Below, one piece after another: positions 35,127 to 44,214 of a stretch of DNA of 64,000 bases (position 1 is the first letter of the stretch; each line of letters begins with the position of its first letter). The DNA lies in NCBI GenBank assembly GCA_963713185.1, contig CAVQKV010000001.1:419042-483041 (forward strand). Direction: 5' to 3'. The translations under genes and the position numbers were made by a program. The notes under the pieces were generated by a model that worked only from the letters and a program-made list of their open reading frames with translations, was not told the DNA's origin and searched no databases. Source of the DNA: an uncultured Actinomycetes bacterium (GTDB lineage: Bacteria > Actinomycetota > UBA4738 > HRBIN12).

Positions 35127-37739
35127 ATGCAGGCCCCGCCCAGGCATCGCTCGCGATCCGACACGCCGCCCGAGCCTCCGCAGGAGGTGGTGCGGGTTCC
35201 CGAACTCCGGCCACGCCGGGTGATCGCCCCGCTCGTCCCGTTCGTGCTGATCCTGGTGATGGCCGGGTTCGCCGCCGTGCTCGCGCTGGCCCTGCTCCCG
35301 GTCCTCGGGGCCGCGGGAGCCGGCGTGAACGCGTTCCGCGAGCGCCTGGACGCGGCGGGGGTCGGGCGAGCGGGCATCCCGCACCTGCCTCAGAGCTCGA
35401 CGATCTATGCGGCCGACGGCAAGACGATCCTGGCCGAGATCTACTTGGACGAGAACCGCCGGTACGTCCGGATCGGCAAGATCGCGCCGGTGGCGCAGGA
35501 CGCGATCGTGGCCATCGAGGACGACTCCTTCTACGAGCACGGCGCCCTGAACTTCCCATCCCTGATGCGCGCGGCCATCACCAACCTGATCGCCGGCGAA
35601 ATCGAGCAGGGCGGCTCCACGCTCACGCAGCAGCTCGTGAAGAACGTGCTGATCGACTCGCCCGAGCAGACCTTCGCGCGGAAGTTCCAGGAGGCGGCGC
35701 TCGCCATCCGGGTCGAGCGCAAGTATCCCAAGCGCCACATCCTCGAGCTCTACATGAACGAGGCGTACTACGGGAACGGCGCGTACGGCATCGAGACGGC
35801 GGCCGAGACGTACTTCCACACGACCGCGCGCGAGCTCAGGCTCAAGCAGGCCGCCCTGCTGGCCGGCGTGGTCCGCGCGCCGGGCGCCTACGACCCGGTG
35901 GCACACCCGCAGGCGGCGCTCGACCGGCGGAACCTCGTGATCGATCGGATGCTGGAGCTCGGATGGGTCGACCCGGCCGACGCCGCAGCGGCGCGGGCGA
36001 AGCCCCTCGGCATCGCGAACGACGTGGGCGTGTTCAAGCAGAAGGTCGAGCCGTTCTTCGTCTACTACATCCGGAACCTGATCCTCGACAACGCCGATGG
36101 GGAGTTCGACGCGTTCGGGCAGCGGCGCATCCAGCGGGTGCACACGCTCTATCAGGGCGGGCTGAACATCTACACCTCGCTCGACCCGGCGTGGCAGGGA
36201 TACGCGCAGGACGCGGTCGACGCGAGCCCGTACATCGATCCGGGGAGGAACAGCCCGGACGCGTCGCTCGTGTCGGTCCGTGCCACCGATGGCGCGATCA
36301 AGGCGATGCTATCGGGCAAGAACTACAACCGCGACCAGTACGACCTCGTGTGGCGCGGCACCCGCCAGGTGGGGTCGGCGTTCAAGCCGTTCACCCTCGT
36401 CGCGGCGTTCCAGAACGGCTTCCCGCCGGGCAAGGTGTACTCGTCCAAGTCTCCGCTCTGCAACCTCGAGGGATGGATCAGCGCGAGCGGGTGCGTGAGC
36501 AACGCCGAAGGCGGCGGCGACGGCGGCTACATGGACCTGTGGACGGCGACGCAGGACTCCGTGAACGTGGTGTTCGCGCAGCTCGCGCTCGACGTCGGAC
36601 CGGAGAACATCGTCGACGCCGCGCATCAGATGGGGATCACGGTCGGCTTGGATCCCGTACCCTCGATCACGCTCGGCGTCGAGGAGGTCCCGACGATGGA
36701 CATGGCGGGGGCGTTCGCGACGCTCGCGAACGACGGCGTGCGCTGCAACGCGTGGGCCGTGCGGCGGGTGGAGTTCGCGAACGTTCCGAAGGACGCCCCG
36801 AAGGACCAGCGCGTCCTCTACCAGCACGAACCGCAGTGCGAGCAGGTCGTGAAGCCGGAGATCGCGCACCTGGTCACCGCGATGCTGCAGCGCGTCGTGT
36901 GTTGCGGAACCGGCACGGCGGCGAACCTGCCCGGGCGCCCGGTCGCGGGCAAGACCGGCACGGCGCAGGACTACACGAACGTGTACTTCGCCGGCTACAC
37001 CCCACAGGTCTCGACCGCGGTCTGGGTCGGGTTCGCGAACGGGCAGATCCCGATGGACAGCTACTACGGGGGCTCGGTGTTCGGGGGGACGGTCGCGGCG
37101 CCGATCTGGCACGACTTCATGGTGAAGGCCATGCAAGGCTTCCCGGTCGAAGGGTTCGAGGCGCCGCCGCCGCCGGAGAGCGGTCCGGTGCCCGACGTCG
37201 TCGGGCTCCCGATCGAGCAGGCCGAGAAGATCCTCGCGAAGGCGAACTTCACGCCGATCCAGGAGGAGATGCAGTCGTTCGAGCCCGCCGGGACCGTGCT
37301 CACGCAGGCGCCGGGCGTGGGCGCACGGCTGCGCCTGGGCAGCGGGGTGACGCTCGGGGTGAGCAACGGCAAGGGTGAGCCCGTCGTCGTCCCGCTCGTG
37401 ACCGGTCTTCCAGAGGCCGAGGCCGTGCACGAGCTCGAGAAGCTGGGACTGGACGTCGCGATCGAACGCGTCCCGGTCCAGGACCAACACCTGGACGGGA
37501 TCGTGATGGATCAGATCCCGATCGGCGACGGCACCAAGGTCGTCGACGCCGGCGCGACGGTCACGATCTCGGTCGGTGTCTTCGATCAAGGCGGCGGGAA
37601 CGGTGGTGGTGGGAACGGGAACGGCGGGGCGGGAACGGTGGTGGTGGGAACGGGAACGGCGGCGGGAACGGGGTGGTGGAGCTGCCCCGCTGATGCCGGC
37701 GCACTACCTCCCCGCCTCTTCTGGACCCGCCTCTTCTAG
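35127..37739 (+). CDS. Class A penicillin-binding protein (transglycosylase + transpeptidase + 2 PASTA), PonA2-like
   Basis: Real part of ORF 34383..37739. Motifs: EDDSFYEHGALN, GGSTLTQQLVKN, GSAFKP, SxN, KTGT, and two PASTA units. The 3' Gly/Asn tail contains an out-of-frame 35-bp duplication, so the true stop may be TGA 37691-37693. Confidence 0.9.
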   Translation: MQAPPRHRSRSDTPPEPPQEVVRVPELRPRRVIAPLVPFVLILVMAGFAAVLALALLPVLGAAGAGVNAFRERLDAAGVGRAGIPHLPQSSTIYAADGKTILAEIYLDENRRYVRIGKIAPVAQDAIVAIEDDSFYEHGALNFPSLMRAAITNLIAGEIEQGGSTLTQQLVKNVLIDSPEQTFARKFQEAALAIRVERKYPKRHILELYMNEAYYGNGAYGIETAAETYFHTTARELRLKQAALLAGVVRAPGAYDPVAHPQAALDRRNLVIDRMLELGWVDPADAAAARAKPLGIANDVGVFKQKVEPFFVYYIRNLILDNADGEFDAFGQRRIQRVHTLYQGGLNIYTSLDPAWQGYAQDAVDASPYIDPGRNSPDASLVSVRATDGAIKAMLSGKNYNRDQYDLVWRGTRQVGSAFKPFTLVAAFQNGFPPGKVYSSKSPLCNLEGWISASGCVSNAEGGGDGGYMDLWTATQDSVNVVFAQLALDVGPENIVDAAHQMGITVGLDPVPSITLGVEEVPTMDMAGAFATLANDGVRCNAWAVRRVEFANVPKDAPKDQRVLYQHEPQCEQVVKPEIAHLVTAMLQRVVCCGTGTAANLPGRPVAGKTGTAQDYTNVYFAGYTPQVSTAVWVGFANGQIPMDSYYGGSVFGGTVAAPIWHDFMVKAMQGFPVEGFEAPPPPESGPVPDVVGLPIEQAEKILAKANFTPIQEEMQSFEPAGTVLTQAPGVGARLRLGSGVTLGVSNGKGEPVVVPLVTGLPEAEAVHELEKLGLDVAIERVPVQDQHLDGIVMDQIPIGDGTKVVDAGATVTISVGVFDQGGGNGGGGNGNGGAGTVVVGTGTAAGTGWWSCPADAGALPPRLFWTRLF
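37594..37680 (+). repeat. Tandem duplication, period 35 then 33 nt (gcgggaacggtggtggtgggaacgggaacggcgg), in the PBP 3' tail
   Basis: Read directly. Copies start at 37594 and 37629, with a partial copy at 37662. The first period is not a multiple of 3. Confidence 0.8.
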
Positions 37740-38197
37740 GCGTCGGACCCGAGACGCTCCCGCACCTTCTGCTGCACGAGGGAGCCGTCGACCTTGCCTT
37801 TGGCCGAGGCCATCACGACCCCCATCACCTTGCCCATCTCCTTCATCGAGGTGGCGCCGGTCGATGAGATCGCATCGTCGATCAGCGCGTCGACCTCAGC
37901 CGCCGAGAGCTGCTCGGGGGCGAACGGCTGGAGAGCCTCGCGTTCGGCGCGCTCCTTGTCCGCGAGCTCGGTCCGTCCCGCCGACTCGAACGCGTCGATC
38001 GACTCGCTGCGCTTCTTGACCTCCCTGCCGGCCACCTCGCGGACCTCGTCGTCGGAGAGCTCGTGCAGGAGCTCCTTCTCGCGGTTCGTGATCGACGCCG
38101 CGAGCATGCGGAGCGCGCCGAGCCGCACCTTGTCGCCGGCTCGCAGGGCGGCCGTCATCTGCTCGTGGACCTGCATCTTCAGCGTGGGATCGCCCAC
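37736..38197 (-). CDS. GatB/YqeY domain protein
   Basis: Motifs: MTAALRAGDKVRLGALRMLAASI...VKKRSESIDAF...MKEMGKVMGVVMA. Confidence 0.85.
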   Translation of the reverse strand: MGDPTLKMQVHEQMTAALRAGDKVRLGALRMLAASITNREKELLHELSDDEVREVAGREVKKRSESIDAFESAGRTELADKERAEREALQPFAPEQLSAAEVDALIDDAISSTGATSMKEMGKVMGVVMASAKGKVDGSLVQQKVRERLGSDA

Positions 38198-38212
38198 GTA
38201 GACTCCCCTCCC

Positions 38213-39124
38213 GTGCTCTCCCGCATCCTGCTCGCGCTCGCGGGCATCGCCGCCGTGTGCGTCACGTATGGCGTCGTCGTCGAGCGCCGGGCGTTCAGGC
38301 TCGTGCGCCGCGGTCTGGCCATCCTACCGGCAGAGGGTCCGCCCACCCTCACGGTGCTCCACCTGTCGGACCTGCACTTCGTCCGCGTCGACCGACGCAA
38401 GTCGGCGTTCCTCGCGTCGCTCCCGGCCGCCGACGTCACCGTCGTGACCGGCGACTTCCTGGCCGAGCCCGAGGCGGTGGAGGCCGCCGTGGACGCCGTC
38501 CGGAGCACGCGCGGGCGGCTCGCCTCCTGGTTCGTCCTGGGGTCGAACGACTACTACGTCCCCCGGCCGCTGAACCCCCTCCGCTACTTCGTCCCGAGGG
38601 ACCGGCGCGAGCCACGCCGCGCACGCCGGGGACGGGCGGAGGACCTGCGGACGATGCTCGCCGCCGATGGCTGGCGCGACCTCACGAACCGACGCGAGGA
38701 GATCGAGCTGGACGGCCTCCCGGTCGAGCTCCTCGGCCTGGACGACGCGCACATCTCCCGGCAGGACCTGCGCGTCGCGCCCCGGGAAGCGCCGTCCAGG
38801 TTCGCCGTCGCCGTGATGCACTCGCCGGACTCGGCACCCGAGATCGTCGCGTGCGGCTACCGGCTCCTGCTGGCGGGACACACCCACGGTGGCCAGGTCC
38901 GCCTGCCGCTCGTCGGAGCGCTCGTGACGAACTCGCACCTGCCGAGGCGCCTCGTCTCCGGGCTGATCCGTCTTGGGGGCTCGTTCCTGCACGTCTCGCC
39001 CGGGCTCGGCACGAGCAAGTACGCGCCGTTCCGGTTCCTGTGTCCGCCCGAGGCGACCCTGCTCGAGCTGCGCCGGGCCCCGGGCGGCGGGGACCCGACC
39101 CACCCGAAGGCTCAGCCGCAGTAG
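38213..39124 (+). CDS. Metallophosphoesterase (Rv3683-like position)
   Basis: Real part of ORF 38063..39124, from GTG 38213. N-terminal TM, then LHLSDLH, VTGDF, GSNDYY, LLAGHTHGGQV. Confidence 0.85.
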   Translation: MLSRILLALAGIAAVCVTYGVVVERRAFRLVRRGLAILPAEGPPTLTVLHLSDLHFVRVDRRKSAFLASLPAADVTVVTGDFLAEPEAVEAAVDAVRSTRGRLASWFVLGSNDYYVPRPLNPLRYFVPRDRREPRRARRGRAEDLRTMLAADGWRDLTNRREEIELDGLPVELLGLDDAHISRQDLRVAPREAPSRFAVAVMHSPDSAPEIVACGYRLLLAGHTHGGQVRLPLVGALVTNSHLPRRLVSGLIRLGGSFLHVSPGLGTSKYAPFRFLCPPEATLLELRRAPGGGDPTHPKAQPQ

Positions 39125-40593
39125 GAGCAGTGATGCTCGGTGTCGATGCCGTGCCAGGGTGGCACGACCACCCGTCGATGGCCCGGCTTGCCGCGCAGCC
39201 TGATCAGCCGATCCTCGATGTTGTTCGCCGTGCTCGATTCGTACATCGCCCCGAGCGGGTTGACGTGGACGCGCACGAAGTACCGGCCGTTCGGCAGGCC
39301 TGTGATGTCGAACGCCTGCCCGGCCACGTACTGCTCGTAGGTGTCGCCCCAGCCGACGTCCAGGACCTCCCGGATCCACAGGGCGCCCGGACCGCCGCAC
39401 GAGGTCCCGAGATCCTGCCCGTAGCCCTGGAGGTTGGCGTTCGGCAGGGTGAGGTCGATCGCGTCGGTGTCGACCAGGCACCACGACTGCTTCCCGCTGA
39501 CCTCGACCTGCGTCTGCGAGGCATCCAGCAGCGAGTACTGGGTGAACTGCTCGAAGTGCCAGTGGTTGTGCCCGCCGCCCGCGTGGAACTCGAGCTCGCC
39601 GATCGGCGCGCGGCCGACGGGCCCCCCGTCGACCAGGAAGTACTGGAACGCGTCCATCGTGGGATCGTCCGTACCGCGGAAGCCCTCGACGACCATGGTT
39701 CCCGGCCCCGCGTTCCACTCGGTCGAGTTGAAGGCGAGGTAGTCGTGGCCCTTGCGCGCGTAGGTCGCCATCCCCCAGCCGGGCAGCGCGACGAGGTCCG
39801 GCAGGGATCCGGGATCCGGGGTGGTGGTGATCGGGGTCTTCGGGTAGGGCGCGGCGGCCGGAGCCGAGGGGCGGGCGGGCTGGACGCCCGCCTGCTCGGC
39901 CGCGAGCGTGCCGCGATCGACCGCCGTCACGTGCACCTGCGCGGTGGCGTCGGTCGGCGGGATCTGCAGCAGGTTCGCCCAGTCGCGCTCGATCGTGAAG
40001 GTGAGCGTGTAGTTGCGCCGCTCCGCCTTCCACCCCAGACCGTAGTAGTCGTCGCCGATGAGACCGGCCGCCCACCCCTCGTCGATCCCCCAGATCGACC
40101 CCTTCGTGAACGGCCCGCCGCCGCAGAAGTACGGGTACGAGGTGGTGAGGGGGCTGTCGTCCGAGAGCCGCTGGCGCAGGTAGCCGTTCGGGCACAACGA
40201 GATCGTGTCGGCGATGACGACCTTGCCGGCCGCGTCACGCACTTCGTAGCGCGCGAAGTCCTTCAGGCCGGACCAGCCGTCCAGGTGATCGGCGGAGATG
40301 GTCCGTAGGACCATCTCCGTGTCCGGGTCGACCTGCTTGATCGTGATGGGCGTGTCGTAGTCGGGCCGGCTCACCCAGAGCTCGAAGTTGTCGGTCACAG
40401 GGGTCACCCACGCGCCGGGATCGACGTACACGAAGTCGCGGCGGTTGCGTTCGACCGTGATCCGCGTCGACGAGACGAAGAGCCGGATGGTCGGGGCCGG
40501 TCCGGCCGCTCCGACCGGAGCGGCGTACAGCGACACCAACAGGACGACGGCGAGCGCGATCGGGACGGGCGGGCGACGACGCCCTGCGGACAT
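39112..40593 (-). CDS. Secreted lysyl-oxidase-like (LOX family) copper amine oxidase homolog
   Basis: ORF 39112..40623, trimmed to ATG 40593 (RBS GGAGGAG). Signal peptide. C-terminal domain with EFHAGGGHNHWHFEQF (His-rich copper motif), ...CLVDTD...CG..., ...GRYFVRVHVNP. Confidence 0.7.
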   Translation of the reverse strand: MSAGRRRPPVPIALAVVLLVSLYAAPVGAAGPAPTIRLFVSSTRITVERNRRDFVYVDPGAWVTPVTDNFELWVSRPDYDTPITIKQVDPDTEMVLRTISADHLDGWSGLKDFARYEVRDAAGKVVIADTISLCPNGYLRQRLSDDSPLTTSYPYFCGGGPFTKGSIWGIDEGWAAGLIGDDYYGLGWKAERRNYTLTFTIERDWANLLQIPPTDATAQVHVTAVDRGTLAAEQAGVQPARPSAPAAAPYPKTPITTTPDPGSLPDLVALPGWGMATYARKGHDYLAFNSTEWNAGPGTMVVEGFRGTDDPTMDAFQYFLVDGGPVGRAPIGELEFHAGGGHNHWHFEQFTQYSLLDASQTQVEVSGKQSWCLVDTDAIDLTLPNANLQGYGQDLGTSCGGPGALWIREVLDVGWGDTYEQYVAGQAFDITGLPNGRYFVRVHVNPLGAMYESSTANNIEDRLIRLRGKPGHRRVVVPPWHGIDTEHHCSYCG

Positions 40594-40693
40594 ACGGGGT
40601 CTCCTCCGAAGCTGTCGGAGCATCCTATGCCGCTGAGACGTCTGCAGGTACGCTCCGGTTCCTCCAGCCGGTCCTGCGGGTGGGCGCGACCCG

Positions 40694-41732
40694 TCAGGTC
40701 GTGGACCGGGTGGCGAGCTCGAACGCCGCCTCGTACCCGGACACCATGGCCTCCTTGGAGAAGAGGCGCTGGACCCGGTCGCGGCAGACGCGCGGATCGA
40801 TCTCGGACAGCCTCGTCAGGCGGTCGGCCGCCTGGGCGGCGTAGTCATCGACATCCACGATCCAGCCCGTGACGCCGTCGTCGACGACCTCGGGCACCGA
40901 ACCCCGCGGGGTCGCGATGACCGGCGTGCCGCAGGCCATCGCCTCGGTCATCACCAGGCCGAACGGCTCCGGCCAGTCGATCGGGAAGAGCACGGCCTTG
41001 GCCCGTCGAAGCAGGTCGACCTTCTCCTGCAGGGTGATCTCGCCGAGGATCTGGAAGTCGGACGGGATCACCGGCTCGATGTTCGGTCTCCCACTCCTCC
41101 TGCTCCGTCGGGTGGGCGATCTTGACGGCGGACACGAGGCGCTCGCCGGCCCGCACGGCCGCGTCGACCGCTCGTCGCCATCCCTTCTCCGGGGCGGCGC
41201 GGCCGAGGAACAGGACGAAGTCCTCCTTCTGCTCCTGCAACGGGTAGGCGTGCATGTCGATGCCGTTGTAGACGACGCCGCCGTACCGAAGCTCCTCGTT
41301 GAACCGCTTCTGCGCCTCGCTGATCGCGACGAACCACGCCCGCTGGGCAACGAACGAGTACAGGCGGGTCATCTCGGGCACGAAGGACCCGTGGAGCGTG
41401 TGGATCGTCGGGACGCCGGTCTCGACGGCACCCGCGAGCGCCGAGAAGGGCGAGTGGACGTGCAGGATGTCGAACCGCTCGCGCGCGTCGCGGAGGCTGA
41501 ACAACGTGTGGGTGGTGTCCAGGACGATGTCGTTGATCGCGCTCGAGCCCGGGGCCTGCTCGAAGACGAACTCGAGACGCGCTTTGGTCTGCGAGTCGCC
41601 GGTCGCGAACAACGTGACGTCGTGACCCGCCTCGGCCAGACCGTCGGCCAGCAGCGCCACCACCCACTCGATCCCCCCGTAGCCCTTCGGGGGTACCGCG
41701 AGCCAGGGCGGGCAGATCTGGGCGATCCTCAA
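40694..41732 (-). pseudogene. GT4-family glycosyltransferase with one frameshift
   Basis: TTG start at 41732 (RBS GGAGAGGAGG). N-half comes from ORF 40845..41846 (RIAQICPPWLAVPPKGYGGIEWVV...GRAAPEKG...). C-half comes from ORF 40694..41350 (...LFPIDWPEPFGLVMTEAMACGTPVIATPRGSVPEVV). The switch is at about 41088. Confidence 0.75.
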
Positions 41733-41845
41733 CCCGGGCCTCCTCTCCTCGGCCGGCCACGGAGCCACCTCGCCGGCCCTTCGCCGGCGACCCCCGATGC
41801 TACCGGCGGGCCGCGGATGGGCCCAGCCGATAGACTCGTCGCTCA

Positions 41846-41922
41846 CGGGACGTGGCGCAGTTTGGTAGCGCGCAGCGTTCGGGACGCTGAGGTCGCGGGT
41901 TCAAGTCCCGCCGTCCCGACCA
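41846..41922 (+). tRNA. tRNA-Pro (anticodon CGG), CCA encoded
   Basis: Folded by hand. Acceptor CGGGACG/CGTCCCG, D stem GCGC/GCGC, anticodon stem CAGCG/CGCTG with loop TTCGGGA, T arm GCGGG-TTCAAGT-CCCGC, discriminator A, CCA. Confidence 0.9.
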
Positions 41923-41994
41923 GGCCTCATAGCCGGATATCCGGTCCGAGGCATGGTGTTGCCTGCGCTCCGGTTGTCCGGTAGCCTCGTCCGC

Positions 41995-42014
41995 GGGCTG
42001 TCGAAAGACAGCCC
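41995..42014 (+). other. Leader hairpin GGGCTGTC-GAAA-GACAGCCC, 18 nt upstream of the NlpC/P60 start
   Basis: Perfect 8-bp stem with a GNRA tetraloop, read directly. A second palindrome CCGGATATCCGG follows the tRNA. Confidence 0.4.
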
Positions 42015-42031
42015 GTTCTGCTGCCCGGAGG

Positions 42032-43069
42032 ATGATGACCGGAAGACGCTCGCACCTCGTCGCACGGCTGTCGATCGCCGTGCTCCTCGCCACCTCGGCG
42101 ACGATCGGTGCTGCAACCCTCTCCTCGGCGAGCCCCAGCCGTGAGGAGGTCCAGCAGGCCCGGGCACGCCTGGAGACGCTGAACCAGGAGCTCGACCTGA
42201 TGGTCGAGCAGTACAACCAGGCACGGATCAAGCTCCAGGAGGTGCAGGCCCGCCTGGCGGACGTTCGGTCCCAGGCCCAGCACGCCCAGGCCACCGCCGA
42301 CCGGGCCACCGCCAGCCTGAACGCGAACGCGTCCCGGGCCTATCGAGGCGTGGGCTCGCAGATCGCGGAGCTGTTCGACTCGGCCTCGCTGGCCGACTTC
42401 TCCGACCGCCTCGAGTTCATCGGGAGCATGGCCCAGGCGGATTCGGATCTAGCCGTGGAGGCCGAGCTCGCGAGGCAGGAGGCCAAGTGGACCGCCGCCG
42501 AGCTGCAGGCGACGGCCGAGGAGCGGCAGGGCATCGTCGATGCCCTCGCCGCCAAGCAGGACCAGATCGAGTCGCGGGTCGCCGAGGCACGGAGCCTGTA
42601 CGAGGAGCTCGACCGCAAGTACCACGACGCGCTCGCGGCGCAGGCCGCCGCGCAGGCGCCCGCCAGCACGGGCGACAGCAGCGGCGGAACGCCCATCCCA
42701 CCACCTCCCGCCCCGAACGCGAACGTCGCGGCCGTCCTGGACGCCGCCTATTCGGTGATCGGCACCCCGTACCAGTACGGGGGCTCGAGCCCGGAGACCG
42801 GGTTCGACTGCTCCGGCTTCACGATGTGGGCCTGGTCGCACGCGGGCGTCTACCTCCCCCACTCCTCCGAGGCGCAATACGCCTCGCTCCCGCACGTCGA
42901 GCAGTCCGACCTGCAGCCCGGCGACCTGGTCTTCTTCTACAGCCCCATCTCCCATGTGGGCATCTACGTGGGCGGCGGCCAGATGATCCACTCGCCGGAG
43001 ACGGGCAGCGTGGTCTCGGTGGTCTCGATCTACTGGGACAGCTTCGTCGGTGCCGCTCGGCCCGGCTGA
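42032..43069 (+). CDS. NlpC/P60 (C40) cell-wall peptidase with N-terminal coiled coil (RipA-like)
   Basis: Signal peptide, a long coiled coil, and a C-terminal YQYGGSSPETGFDCSGFTMWAW...ISHVGIYVGGGQMIHSP. Confidence 0.9.
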   Translation: MMTGRRSHLVARLSIAVLLATSATIGAATLSSASPSREEVQQARARLETLNQELDLMVEQYNQARIKLQEVQARLADVRSQAQHAQATADRATASLNANASRAYRGVGSQIAELFDSASLADFSDRLEFIGSMAQADSDLAVEAELARQEAKWTAAELQATAEERQGIVDALAAKQDQIESRVAEARSLYEELDRKYHDALAAQAAAQAPASTGDSSGGTPIPPPPAPNANVAAVLDAAYSVIGTPYQYGGSSPETGFDCSGFTMWAWSHAGVYLPHSSEAQYASLPHVEQSDLQPGDLVFFYSPISHVGIYVGGGQMIHSPETGSVVSVVSIYWDSFVGAARPG

Positions 43070-43096
43070 TCACCCATCCGGTCTGCCATCGGCCGG

Positions 43097-43768
43097 ATGA
43101 GCGACGCTCCCGCTCGATCCGCATCCCAGCAGGAGCTCGCGCTCGTCGCGGCGCTCCGCGCCGGGGACGAGACCGCGTTCATGATGCTCGTCGAGCGATA
43201 CCAGCCCGCGATGCTGCGGGTCGCGCGCCTGTACGTCTCGACCCAGGCCGTGGCCGAGGAGGTCGTGCAGGAGGCGTGGGTCGGCGTGCTGAAGGGCCTC
43301 GAAGGGTTCGAGCAGCGTTCGTCCCTACGGACGTGGATCTTCCGCATCCTCGTGAACACCGCGAAGACCCGCGGACGGCGGGAGGCTCGCAGCGTCCCCT
43401 TCTCGTCGATCTGGGCACCCGATCCGGACGACGAACCGTCGGTCGAGCCCGACCGCTTCCTGCCGCCCGGCCACCCGCTGTCCCCCGGGCGCTGGGCCGT
43501 CCCGCCCGTCGGCTGGGGATCGGCCCCCGAGGAGCGGCTGCTGTCCGCCGAGACGCTCGCGCAGGTCTCGCGCGCGATCGATTCCCTGCCGCCGAACCAG
43601 CGCGAGGTGATCAGGATGCGCGACGTCCTCGGCTGGCCGGCCGCAGACGTCTGTAACGCGCTCGACATCTCGAAGACCAATCAGCGGGTGCTCTTGCACC
43701 GCGCCCGGGCCAAGGTCCGGCGCGCGCTCGAGCGCTACCTCGGGCCGGAACGGGAGCAGGACCTGTGA
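43097..43768 (+). CDS. ECF sigma factor
   Basis: Region 2 AEEVVQEAWVGVLKGLEGF and region 4 LPPNQREVIRMRDVLGWPAADVCNALDISKTNQRVLLHRAR, with a long linker between them. Confidence 0.9.
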   Translation: MSDAPARSASQQELALVAALRAGDETAFMMLVERYQPAMLRVARLYVSTQAVAEEVVQEAWVGVLKGLEGFEQRSSLRTWIFRILVNTAKTRGRREARSVPFSSIWAPDPDDEPSVEPDRFLPPGHPLSPGRWAVPPVGWGSAPEERLLSAETLAQVSRAIDSLPPNQREVIRMRDVLGWPAADVCNALDISKTNQRVLLHRARAKVRRALERYLGPEREQDL

Positions 43769-43998
43769 ACTGCAGCGAGTTGGTCGAGCTCGTCACGGAC
43801 TACCTCGAGGGGTCGATGGCCGACGCGCAACGGGCGCGGTTCGACGAGCACGTCGCCGGCTGCGATGGATGCACGACGTACCTCGAGCAGTTCCGGATCA
43901 CGATCCGGTTGACCGGCATGCTGTCCGAAGAACAGATGGCGCCCGAGGCGCGCGAGGCCCTGCTGGGCGTGTTCCGGGTGTGGCGGGCCGAGACCTAG
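43765..43998 (+). CDS. Cytoplasmic zinc-finger (ZAS, HxxxCxxC) anti-sigma factor
   Basis: Overlaps the sigma stop by 4 nt. HVAGCDGC motif plus an upstream Cys. 77 aa with no TM helix (RsrA-like layout). Confidence 0.8.
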   Translation: MNCSELVELVTDYLEGSMADAQRARFDEHVAGCDGCTTYLEQFRITIRLTGMLSEEQMAPEAREALLGVFRVWRAET

Positions 43999-44204
43999 CC
44001 GGACGGGTCCACCGCGTCGAGATCCGCGAGCCGCGTGTCCGCCTGGCGGATGAGCGCGTCGTTGCCGATCGCGGCCGCCGCCTCGCGCGCCTGCACGAGC
44101 AGGTCGCGGGCCTGCTGCCTGCGCAGACCCGCGTTGTCCTCGTGCGCGTACTTCAGCTTCTCGTCCGCCTTGATGATGAGCTCGAAGATCTCCGGTGGCT
44201 CCAT
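43995..44204 (-). CDS. Small conserved-looking hypothetical protein (69 aa)
   Basis: Very high GC3 and helical, non-junk composition (MEPPEIFELIIKADEKLKYAHEDNAGLRRQQARDLLVQAREAA...). Confidence 0.5.
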   Translation of the reverse strand: MEPPEIFELIIKADEKLKYAHEDNAGLRRQQARDLLVQAREAAAAIGNDALIRQADTRLADLDAVDPSG

Positions 44205-44214
44205 CTCGCTCCCC

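Noticed and set aside
41846-41922. tRNA-Pro as an integration site for a genomic island.
   Set aside because: There is no integrase, no direct repeat of the tRNA 3' end that I could spot, and both flanks have ordinary high-GC envelope genes.
41923-42031. ydaO/c-di-AMP riboswitch upstream of the NlpC/P60 gene.
   Set aside because: The context is right and CCGGUAGCCUCGUCCGCG faintly resembles the ...CAGCUAACCUCGUAAGCG block. However, the conserved GGGGACCCA and GGGGUGAAUC elements are absent, and the leader is shorter than the pseudo-symmetric motif.
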